From assembly GCA_049724395.1 (NCBI GenBank), contig JAUGWO010000029.1, forward strand, positions 1 through 53,053: a stretch of DNA of 53,053 nucleotides. Direction: 5' to 3'. Positions 1-10,576 of this stretch are shown one piece after another. This stretch comes from Spongospora subterranea f. sp. subterranea (taxonomy: Eukaryota). The notes below the pieces were generated by a model that was not told where the DNA came from, searched no databases, and saw only the letters and a program-made list of their open reading frames with translations. The position numbers and the translations under genes are program-made. Positions within the stretch are counted from its first letter, which is position 1. Each line of letters starts with the position of its first letter.

Positions 1-205
1 CAGTCGGAGAGGCTGCCTCCGTGATTCCACCAGTTTCTGTCATGATGTCAGCAGGCTGATTAGAACTCTGATTGTGTATTAGGACAGCACAAGAGATCAT
101 CAGACCGGGGATTCAGGTCTCAGAGTCAGGGAGGGAACGCATTGCCCTTAACGATTACAGCTCGGCATGTAGCCAGTTGCAGCGCGTCAGTCATCAGTTT
201 CAACA
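1..205 (-). repeat. 3' LTR (partial)
   Basis: Copy of 4228-4432. On the minus strand it is preceded by G-rich GCGGGCGG at the PPT position, then TGTTG. Confidence 0.92.
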
Positions 206-3200
206 CCGCCCGCGCGTACAGCTGGTCCGCCGCACATGAGCCTGTCGCGGAACTCCCGGAACTTGCCGACGGGTAGGGCTTTGGTGAACACGTCCGCGAC
301 GTTTTCCTCGCTGGGGCAGTAGACCAGCTTGACCAGGTCCGCCTCGACCGTCTCCCGTACCGAAGTGGTACCGAACGTCGATATGCTTCGTTCGTTTCCT
401 CGACCTGCCGTTCGTGGCGAGCGCAATCGTGCTCTGGTTGTCTTCCATGATCTTGTCGCAGTCGTTTGCCCTTGGCCTATCTCCGACAACAGGTTCCGCA
501 GCCATAGGGCCTCCTTCGCCGCCGCGCTCAAAGAAATATACTCCGACTCCGCCGTTGACAGTGCTATGCACTCTTGCCGTCGACTTGACCAACTGACAGG
601 GCCGCCGTTCATCAGGAACACGTATCCTGAGGTCGAGCGCCGCGTCTCCGTACATCCTGCATAATCCGCATCCGCGTAACCGATCAGTTTCAAGTTCATG
701 TTAGTGCTCCCGCCGAACCCAATACCCATGGCAACGGTTCCCTTCAGGTAGCGGAAAATCCGCTTGACTGCCCGTACGTGTTGCACCGTCGGACTGTGTG
801 AGAACCTGGCCGCCCATGCCACCGCGTGGGCCAGATCCGGTCTCGTGCCGTTGGCCAGGTACAACAGTGTCCCGATCGCCCGCTGGTACGGGAACACGAT
901 AGTGCCGCCTTTCCCGGGTTCCTTCACCACGACTCCCGCCGAAACCGGGCTTCCGTAAGGTTTGCTGTCCATCATGTTGAATCTCTTCAACGCGACCTCG
1001 GCGTAGGCCTTCTGCGACAGGAACAACGTCTTCGCTTTTCTGTCGCGTTTTACCGCCAATCCCAGCACGTACTCGATGTCCCCGATTGGCTTCATCGAAT
1101 ACTTGGCTCGTAGGTAGGCCCCGAAGTCGTTAATCGCTGACTTCGACGTCGACGCTACCACTAAGTCATCCACGTACAGGGCCAGTAAGGTCACCTCTCC
1201 GTCGTGGCCGCGTCGGTGATAGATGCACAAGTCGCCGTTGGCTCTCGCGAATCCGTTCTTACGTAGGTCTTCATCTATCTGTTTCCACCACACCCGGCCT
1301 GCTTGCTTCAGGCCGTATATCGCCTTTCGAAGTCACAGACCAGGTCCCGACCGTCCTCGTCCTTCTTCGCGAAGCCTTGCGGTTGTTCCAGATAGATCTC
1401 TTCGTCGAGGTGGCCGTACAGATACGCGCAGTCGACGTCCAACTGTTGGACCTCCATGTCTAGCATTGTTGCGATCGCCAACAAGACTCTCAACGATGTT
1501 AGGGACACGACGGGAGAGAACGTCTCGTCGAAATCGACGCCCGGCTGTTGAGTGAACCCACGAGCGACGTATCGGGACTTCTTCCTGACTACGTTTCCAC
1601 CCGAGTCTGTTTTCGCCCTGAAGCACCACTTTCCCGACACCGGTTTCCTGTCCTTTGGCAGTGGCACTAGCTCCCACGTGCCATTTCGCTCCAGCGAACT
1701 GAACTCCTCCTGCATGGACGCCCTCCAGCTGTCGTCCTTGAGGGCCTGCTCCACGCTTTCGGGCTCTGGTGCCTTCGCCTCGGTCGCCGACGTAGCGTAT
1801 TCCTCGTGGAAAAACGTCGGTGCCCGCCGCTCCCGGACGGATCTTCTCACCTGTCTTGTTTCGGCACCGTCGGGCTGTGGTTGAGTGAGGTCCCCTGTCG
1901 CAGCTTCATCTGGACTGGGCTCGTCCTCTGCAGGTTGCAATGTTTCGGGCTCTGAGCCGCTTCCAGGGTGTGGGCCGTCGGCCTGGGTTTGTTCGAGTCG
2001 TGCGATGGGCGCCTTCGTGATCGCGACCTCTTCGAAGTCTTCAGCGCCCTCGACTGGCTCCTCGTCAGGCCGACGTTGTGAGTCGACGCTGTCTCTCGAT
2101 ACGAAGCACTTCCTGGACTCCATATCCTCAAACACAGCCGCCTTCATGCCGCTGGCATAGCCCAGGAACCGACAGGGCCGCGCCTTTACGTCCAGCTTCC
2201 CGCGCTTCTGATCGGGGACGTGGACCATACACCGAGCACCAAATTTTGGCATGTCCTTCAGATCAGGTTTTTCGCCGTACAGGACCTCGAACGGGCTCTG
2301 AAGGTTCGCGTTTGCGCGCGTCGGTGTTCGGTTTCTGATATACGCTGCCATTAGGACCGCGAACTCCCAATACTGGTGTGGAAGCCGGGCCTCCAGCAAC
2401 AGGCATCTTGCCATCTCCATGATGGTCCTGTTCGCCCGCTCCGCCTTCCCGTTCTGTTGCGGTGTGTTTGGGGCCGAGTGCTGCCAGGCGATCCCCTTGC
2501 TCCTCAAATACGTCTGGAACTCCCCGTCGGAATATTCGCCGCCCCCGTCCGACCGAAGGACCTTGATGTCGACACCGAACTGTCGCTTCATTGTGGCCTC
2601 ATATTCCTCAAACTTGAGCTTCTGCTCCGATTTCAGCTTCATGCACGTAACGTAAGTCCAGTTCGACCGCCCGTCCACGTACATCGCCATGTAGGTGTTG
2701 CCTTGTATCGACGTGGCTCTCATTGGGCCGCACAGGTCGCTGTGAACGACGGTGCCAGCCTCGGCTGGCTGCCGCTCCGATTTCTTGGGGATCGGTGCCC
2801 TCGCCATCTTCCCCTCGAGGCACAATTCGCATCTTCGCTGCGCATCCACACTCCCGGTCATCTTTGGGATGATTCCGGTTTTCGACATTAGGGTCAGCGT
2901 GTTCAAGTTGACGTGTCCATATCGACGGTGAAGATCTTCTGTGCTGCGCCCGCCCGACGGGACACCCTTCGCCGCCAGGGCAGTCTCCTGATCGGCGCTA
3001 CCTCGGCCGTTGGCGAGACCGATCAGCAGGCGGAACACGCCCTCTCTCTTAGGGACGTCGAAAACAGCTTCCCCGTTGACCGAGATCGTGCATCTGTCCT
3101 TGGTGAAGACCACCTCGGCACCACCGGTATCGCACGCCTTTCCTATGGAAAACAGATTCTCACTAAGACCTGGGACGTACAGGACGTTTTGTAGTTTGAC

Positions 3201-4147
3201 GCCGTTTCGAAGCTGAACCGTCCCTCTGTGTGTCGCGGTCACTCCGTGTCCATCGCCGAGTGTTACGGTTGAGGCTTGGTCCAGGCGCTCGGCATCTGTT
3301 CAGGATACCGACGTCCGTAACCATATCGGAAGAGGCGCCACTATCGAACAGCCAGCTGTGAGTACTGCAGCTCTGGTCCGCTGAGATCGCCGAAAACAGG
3401 AACTCCTGGGTCGCTGCCCTCCTGGCCGACTCGTTTGGCGAGGACACAGGCTTCTGCCGACAGTCTCGAGCCCAGTGGCCCGCCTTTCCGCATGCGTGAC
3501 AGTTTCCCTTCCGGTTCCCCTTGCCTCTCGACTTGTTCGAGTTCGGCATGCCGCGCCTTCCTGTGGCCGGCATCGCCATCTGCAGCTGGGACGAAGACGA
3601 AACGCCGGTCACCATTTTGTGGCGTTTCTCTGTATCGACCAACACGTCCATGACCTTCTTCCTTGACATCGCGACCGAGTTCTGCATCATCACCTCTACG
3701 GTCGCCACATAACGGGGGTCGTGCTGGACCGACAGGCACGCCGTCGTCATGAAGTCCATGTCTCCGACCTTGGTCCCCGTCGCTGCGTCCAACCGCCGCA
3801 CTGCCTCCATTAGTATCTCCAGGTGCTTGATTATGGGCTCGTCCTCGCCTTAGCTTCTTTGTTCGGTACTCCATTGAGGAGCGGAAGGCCGCCCGAGCGT
3901 TCTGGGCGCGGTGTGTGTCCTTCAGGGCCGCCCACGCGTCTCTTGCTGTTGTGCAGTCGTAGATGTGAGGATACTGGTCCTCGGATAGGGCCTGAATCAG
4001 GACCGAGAAACACGCCGCCTCGACGTTCGCCGACGCCCCCTTCAGTAGGGCCTCATGTAGCCCCAGCTGGCGTAGGTGTGCTGTGAATGCAAATTCGAAC
4101 TGGGTCCAGTTCCCGTCGTTTAGCTTCGTTCCGCGGAATGCAGACAT
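187..4147 (-). pseudogene. copia gag-pol polyprotein, broken by about 5 frameshifts
   Basis: ORFs 3341-4327, 3163-3810, 1308-3242, 187-1293 and 200-655 give successive domains in different frames, with shifts near 3835, 3280, 1320, 450 and 360. Confidence 0.9.
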
Positions 4148-4179
4148 CTTGACCTTGCGCGATACGTCGGCAGGCGTAA

Positions 4180-4193
4180 CTGGGCCCATAACC
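4180..4193 (-). promoter_or_regulatory. Primer-binding site GGTTATGGGCCCAG (internal/half tRNAiMet type)
   Basis: Plus-strand ctgggcccataacc abuts the 5' LTR. This is the PBS type known from Drosophila copia. Confidence 0.85.
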
Positions 4194-4432
4194 TGATGGG
4201 GAGTTTGCACATCGCTGGTCGTTCGGCGGGTCGGAGAGGCTGCCTCCGTGATTCCACCAGTTTCTGTCATGATGTCAGCAGGCTGATTAGAACTCTGATT
4301 GTGTATTAGGACAGCACAAGAGATCATCAGACCGGGGATTCAGGTCTCAGAGTCAGGGAGGGAACGCATCGCCCTTAACGATTACAGCTCGGCATGTAGC
4401 CAGTTGCAGCGCGTCAGTCATCAGTTTCAACA
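4194..4432 (-). repeat. 5' LTR (239 bp, TG...CA)
   Basis: On the minus strand it starts TGTTGAAAC at 4432 and ends CCCATCA at 4194, directly followed by the PBS. It matches 3-205 except for one substitution (143 T vs 4370 C). Confidence 0.93.
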
Positions 4433-5212
4433 GTCGGGTCGGTCGGGTCGGGTGCCTGCCAACTACCGGTGTCCGACCCGGGTTTTTGGTCGGGTATCGG
4501 TTATATACCAGGTACCCGACTATCAAAACTGCGCAACTGGCGCAGCCTTAAACCCACAAAAATGCGCGACTGACGCATGTGGCGCGACCCTCTGTTCTTG
4601 GTAAACCTGCAAACATAAACAAAAGGTCAAGGAAAGAAGTACAGAGTTGCTAGGTTGTTTTTTGCTTAAGTGTGATTTTCACAACATCAACGCGCTCAAA
4701 GTCTTTGGTTCAGAGAATGGCACCGGAGTCCAATTATGTCGCGGCCGCAATAAACAACTCGTTGAACGGATACTGAGGAGCCAGGAATACTCAAAACATC
4801 CATTGCAAAAGCACCCAGACCTGGGAACTGTTTCTCGTGTGTGCCCCAGTATTGGAGCAAATTTTGGCTTGGATCCTCGCAAGGTAGCCTGTGGTACTTA
4901 TCCAAATTCAGGTTTGTTGATTTTCCAGACAAGACAGTCAGGTAATCATGACGAGCTCACGCAGTCCGTGGCGCTATGAGATTCCATGACCAATTTTTTT
5001 AACAACAACTTTACCTAATGTGCTTCGTATCTTTTGTTAGGATATTTTTATTTGAATTGATGCAAAAATTACAGCGCAATATCCACAATTCGAAAAAAAG
5101 ACTACAGGTACCCGCGGGTAGTCGGGTCGGGTACCGACTGTCTACCGATACACGACCCGGTCGGTATCTACCCGCCGGGTACGGGTATATACCCGACCCG
5201 ATCGGAGCCCTA
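4433..5212 (-). mobile_element. hAT-superfamily non-autonomous deletion derivative
   Basis: The right end reads TAGGGCTCCGATCGGGTCGGGT on the minus strand (Ac-like TAGGG TIR start). Both ends carry many ACCCG/CGGGT subterminal motifs. An internal hAT dimerisation remnant is present. The left TIR is displaced by the copia insertion. Confidence 0.8.
4679..4932 (-). pseudogene. hAT transposase C-terminal dimerisation domain remnant
   Basis: LLQYWGTHEKQFPGLGAFAMDVLSIPGSSVSVQR...GRDIIGLRCHSL / EPKTLSALML matches the W..FP.L...A.D.LSIP.SS..ER.FS motif. Confidence 0.85.
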
Positions 5213-5619
5213 TCATAGAGACGGCGCATATCTTCCAGGAATCCTGATAAATTGTCTCCACGATACTGCTTGGTCCTCATTCGCCGACCAATAGCGATTA
5301 CAAGGCCCGTGCTCTCAGTCGCAAAACGTTGCTTTAATGCCTTCCATGCCTCATATGGGTTGCTCGTTCCCATGATTTCGACGACGACGTTGGGTTCAAC
5401 TGCGGCGACCAATTCCGCAAAGACCTGCTTGGTCTGACCCTGTTCATCCTTGCGCCAATCGTGTTCGATGAGTTTCTCCGCCCCCCTACCCTTCAAGTAA
5501 AACTCGGAAGGTAAAAGCCCACGTGGTGTAGTTCGCAGATCCTCGCAGGCGCTCGCCTTTAAACGAACCTGTGAGCCGGATTTGCCACCACTGGTTTTCT
5601 GCTCATCAGAGCCACCCAT
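5213..5619 (-). pseudogene. N-terminal gag of a second, older copia-type element, truncated by the hAT insertion
   Basis: VFAELVAAVEPNVVVEIMGTSNPYEAWKALKQRFATES...MRTKQYRGDNLSGFLEDMRRLYD resembles copia gag (UBN2/Retrotran_gag_2). Homology stops at the hAT terminus. Confidence 0.7.
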
Positions 5620-5790
5620 CTTTCTAAGCTAAGCACACAGCTCACAAGCAAAGGACACAAACAAGGAGAGTGATTTTTAGTAATGGAAACGCGCAAAAAA
5701 AATGCGCATCAGCACAGCCATACAATAATGTGATATAGAACCAACACTCAGAACCAACTCTACATTATACCTAGACGTGATTGCTACACA

Positions 5791-6150
5791 ACACCTTGTT
5801 AATTGAACAAAAAAATAATGCTGGTTCGAAATATTGTTTCTGTACCTCTTCGAGAGAATTTCCTCCAATATAAATCATGCTCCTATTCAATTGCACAATA
5901 CAAATTGCAATTTATATATGCTCATTCAGAAAAGCATAGAGAAACCCTGCAATTGACTATGAATATATCTAGAGATGGAATTGGAGATCCATGAATAATA
6001 TAAACATATGAGCATATTATGGTTTGGGTTCAAAACAAAAATAGTGTATTGTGCAATTGAATATAATTTATATTGGAGGAAATTTTCTCGAAGAGGTACA
6101 GACACAATATTTCGAACCAGCAATTTAATTTTGTTCAAATAACAAGGTGT
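5791..6150. mobile_element. Foldback MITE-like element with ~110-bp inverted arms
   Basis: 5791-5901 is an imperfect reverse complement of 6046-6150. The same peptide LVRNIVSVPLRENFLQYK appears on both strands in the ORF track. Confidence 0.8.
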
Positions 6151-6272
6151 CGTAAACAGGAAAATGTTCATATTGTTTGGGAAATTACAAACAGTCATAT
6201 ATGGGGTGGCTGATGGGATATAGGAATGATGATATATCCACCGTTTCTGTGGCAGAAATGACAATATCGATG

Positions 6273-6772
6273 CTAATCAGATACAACATCATTATCAGCA
6301 GTTTTCTCTTTAAGAGTGTAGAAGACGACCCTTGACCGCTTGCACTGCTCCTCAAGATCAAGGGAGTGAAACCTTTCTCGTCCGTTGTTGACTAGGTCGT
6401 TATACACAGCCCCATTCCTTCGTTGAATATATGTGGCCTTTAACTGCCAATCACGATCGTTTACTGTCATGACTTCAGGACATCGGAGCTGATCGCTTTC
6501 CATATCCATGCCATTCCGATGCAAAGCACCTTCTTCGATAACTTCACCTTCGTGTTGCAGTGAATTACTTTGAGGATTCGTCAATGCCAGTTGTTGATCA
6601 TAAAGAGGGAACTGCTGGTAATGATGATTTGTATCTGAATAGCACCCCTTGTTTGATGCTGCCACAGAAACACGGAGGGCCACGTTGACCGCGTTGTTGC
6701 CATTGTCAAACCAGATGAAAGAGCAAATATAACATTAAAAGGGTGCAGAAACATGTTCAAGATTAGTTCCAA
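6273..6772 (-). pseudogene. Possible small hypothetical gene or relic
   Basis: A 136-aa ORF plus an overlapping upstream ORF with a hydrophobic N-terminus. No confident family. Confidence 0.25.
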
Positions 6773-6943
6773 TTATCAACAAACGGCGTACACCAAGAGA
6801 TCTAAAGCTTTCCCAAAAAACATATACAATAAGTATTTTACGAAAAAACTGTCATTGACTCCACAAAGGCGCCAGGGACGTTGCGCTGAGCTTCGGCATC
6901 CACCAGTCTTTTGAATTACGGGGCCTCTGATTTAATCGAATTC

Positions 6944-7693
6944 TTTGATCCAGTCTTTTGATCACGTTGCACAGAATTGACTGGATCAAAGACTGGCACG
7001 CACTAATTGATCCAGTTTTTTGATCACGTCTTTCTGTTGTACAGAATTGACTGGTACAGAATCTGGATCAAAAAGACTGGCACGCACTAATTGATCCAGT
7101 TTTTTGATCACGTATTTCTGTTGTACAGAATTGACTGGATCAAAAAGACTGGCACGCACTAATTGATCCAGTTTTTTGATCACGTCTTTCTGTTGTACAG
7201 AATTGACTGGATCAAAAAGACAGGCACGCACTAATTGATCCAGTTTTTTGATCACGTCTTTCTGTTGTACAGAATTGACTGGATCAAAAAGACTGGCACG
7301 CACTAATTGATCCAGTTTTTTGATCACGTCTTTCTGTTGTACAGAATTGACTGGATCAAAAAGACTGGCACGCACTAATTGATCCAGTTTTTTGATCACG
7401 TCTTTCTGTTGTACAGAATTGACTGGATCAAAAAGACTGGCACGCACTAATTGATCCAGTTTTTTGATCACGTCATTCTGTTGTACAGAATTGACTGGAT
7501 CAAAAAGACAGGCACGCACTAATTGATCCAGTTTTTTGATCACGTCATTCTGTTGTACAGAATTGACTGGATCAAAAAGACAGGCACGCACTAATTGATC
7601 CAGTTTTTTGATCACGTCTTTCTGTTGTACAGAATTGACTGGATCAAAAAGACAGGCACGCACTATTTGATCCAGTTTTTTGATCCAGTCAAT
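6944..7693. repeat. Tandem array of ~10 copies of a 72-bp internally palindromic unit
   Basis: Unit ttgatccagttttttgatcacgtctttctgttgtacagaattgactggatcaaaaagactggcacgcactaa. It produces the 24-aa repeat in ORF 6986-7966. Confidence 0.95.
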
Positions 7694-10576
7694 TCTTGCC
7701 TTGTTTCCCCTTTTTGCGTGGAGGAGTAGGTTTTTGGTGAAAAAACCAGTTTTGCTGGGTTTCGATTTCTTGAAAAAGGTCGTCGAACCATTAGAAGGGA
7801 TCAAAGAACCTAACCACGGCTTATGTTTCAAGAAATGGGTCAAATTTAGGTATGCAGGGCGCGTTCGATGATGAAGCTTTGGAACAGTGGAGATCGTACA
7901 TTGACCGAGCAAAATTGACGTGTACTGTATTACCGCAGCAACATTTGTGCTACTGTAGCTCATCATGAAAAAACTGGATTTTTAGCAATTGCAGATATCG
8001 ATCATGTTATCAAGGAAAGACCTAAGGGATAAAAAACTTTGTGGCAAAGTCATTTTCCACACCGTTTTCGGAAACAGAAAGCTGTGAGAATGTTTGATAG
8101 CATTACTGTAAAGACATCACAGGGTTTCAGTTTATGACTTGTGACAAAAATTTGAGATTTGAATTTGCAGTTCCGACGCACAGTGGATCCAATTCTGAAA
8201 CTGTCCGACTGCTGTCTAAGTTAAGATTTCCAACTGGGCTCGTGGGTCCAAAGCAAGCCAATGCCAACACATTGAGCGTCATGGAAGGATAGCGTACTAT
8301 AGCACCAGAATTAGCGCCATGTCGATAATTCAGGCCTTTAGAGACAAACTGTTGGAACAAGCGAGGATTATCGGTAAACAGGCGAGCGCAAATGCGCCAA
8401 CAATCGAAGCTATTAACGCAAGAATTGCGTTAAAGTTGTTCTCCATCTGGATAAAGATATGCCTTCTTGCCCTGTGAAAAAACCGATTCATGAAACAGGC
8501 AGTGAAGTACTCGCGACTACTGTTGGCGAAGAAGTTTGCGGACGTGCTCGTAGCGGTCTAAATTGGAGTCGCCGACGTATAATGAAGATTGTTTACGAGT
8601 CATGACCCTTGCTGACTGAGCATATGGGGTTTTACCTGGTCTCAGCAAAGTGCAGATCAGTTCGACTGGCATCCATCGAGATAACATTGTTCGCGATTCT
8701 TGAACGAAAACCGAGATTTGCTGCTTGACCATGAGATGCAGTCGCCATTGAAACAATCTCGTCGTGGCGCTCCTGGATCATCATGTTCCCACCATCTTTG
8801 ATACTCATCATATGAATAACAATCCTGACACGCGAATCACGGTTGGTCATGTGGGTCAGGGGGAACTGATGATATATATCGATTTTCGACCTTGTTCCTC
8901 TCGTCTTTTTGCATTCCTGCGAACAGCTCCTTGTCAGGAATTAACCTTGCCCAAATGCCGGATTATTACATCACCAAGATTATATACTCATAATATTCGT
9001 TGTCGTTATCATGCCTTACACTTCAGATTACCTTTCACAATGCTTGTCATCATTTGAAGACAGGTCAAGTTAGGGGCATCACGGCTGGATCATTTTTTTA
9101 ACACAATAGATCGTTAACCAACCCGTCCCCTGTTCGAAGACACCTTCTGCTGGACAGCTGGTCAGTCGTAGAGCAGCCGTTATACTGGCAGACGATTGGG
9201 GCCAACGTTAGTCGAAGGTCGCGATCTGTGCAGGTATGGTGCAAACGAGGGCAGATCTTCTACACGTTTTTCTCATTCGCGGGTGTCGACGGTTTTGAAA
9301 GTTTAACTACGGGGGGAAGTTCTCGTTCCAGGAGATTGTTGTGGCGCAATCGTCGTCTCCAAAGTTCCCACCCTCCACTCCTCAACGCATTCGATACTTG
9401 CCGTTTATCTTTCTTTGATCGCAATCAATTAATCGCCGATTGGTCGTAACGTTCCCCCTTCCTGGGAAGAAAAGTCGACATTACTGTGTCATTCTGAACA
9501 TAACGGGCTAGTATTGCCACCCTAATTCTGAGAATAAAGAATGCAACGCAGATATGTTAGCAATACCCACATCGAATGTTTTCATAAAGTTGACACTTGA
9601 TTAACTGATGACTAGGTCACTCCCAATGACGACCGGTATCAGATCAACTTCATGAACCGTTCATGATGGGTTTCAAGGGCGGGCCGCTCATGAAGACGGG
9701 ATATCCTAGTCAGGATTCGCATCCGATTGTTGAACCAGTTCACAGGTTTGAGTGATATCTGCCAGTCATGCTCGGAAATTAGGGACTCAAATTTAAGCAA
9801 TGTTTGGGTCAATCTGACGGTGTATTATTGTTTTGAATAATAAGAATTACATCAAGGAGCAACTCAATTAGTTGTTATTTACCAACTGATTTTAAACGAC
9901 TCCTATTTTATTCAATACTTGTCATATTGCCCATGGAAGAGTGCTGGTGCGTTGATCATGTTCCGAAATCCAATCGCCCATTCTTCGATGATAATCGTTG
10001 ACTCCCCTTATCCATTATGTTCAGAAAAGCACAGTATCGCCGACCTGTAAAAATGTCGCTTAGATAGGCTCATTCGAACATGGACGCGATATCAGTCGAT
10101 TGAGGACTTTTTAATGAAAAATTGTTTATTGAAATAGTACTGTGATGGATTTGAGATTGGTGTGATATGTTCTAGATATGATCTCATGTTGAGGTGCAAT
10201 TACAGATTTACAAATAGCAGTCGGTGAGGTTGAGTATTGGAGAAGATGTTATCAATCTGGGTGTTTTGGTACACACTCGCCATAACATCGCCTGTATATG
10301 GGTTCAACTAATACCATTGACTCATCAAAAACTTCCACCACGACGCTAGACCTGTTTTGGCACCCAGAGGTGCCATTTTCTAGAAACGCCCTCCCGGTCA
10401 TCAACATGGCCCTTTTAACTACTAAGATCTGTGATTCTGTTCAATGACGATGTTAATTTAACTGTTGCTGGAGACATAAGCACCTCACAAACCAGTATTT
10501 GATGTTGGAGTACCATAGCAAAACCCGATTACAAAGACTGGGACCAAAATAGACTACATATATGAAAATGAATATA

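Larger units (their letters stand above)
1..4432 (-). mobile_element. Ty1/copia LTR retrotransposon, near full length (3' LTR cut by window edge)
   Basis: Direct repeats at 1-205 and 4228-4432. Internal order on the minus strand is gag, CCHC knuckle (CHACGKAGHWARDC), protease (WLFDSGAS), integrase (HSDLCGP, LRSDGGGEY, QQNGKAER), RT (LYVDDL) and RNase H (YADADYAG), which is the copia order. Confidence 0.97.

Noticed and set aside
5011..5619. 202-aa ORF as a single genuine protein
   Set aside because: It is a chimera of a gag fragment reading through into the hAT terminus.
6944..7693. CRISPR-like array
   Set aside because: Units are near-identical along their full length with no unique spacers, there are no cas genes, and the context is eukaryotic.
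7700..10500. Short ORFs and small palindromes (e.g. tcatgaaccgttcatga near 9650)
   Set aside because: No recognisable domain, RNA gene or element ends; probably decayed sequence.
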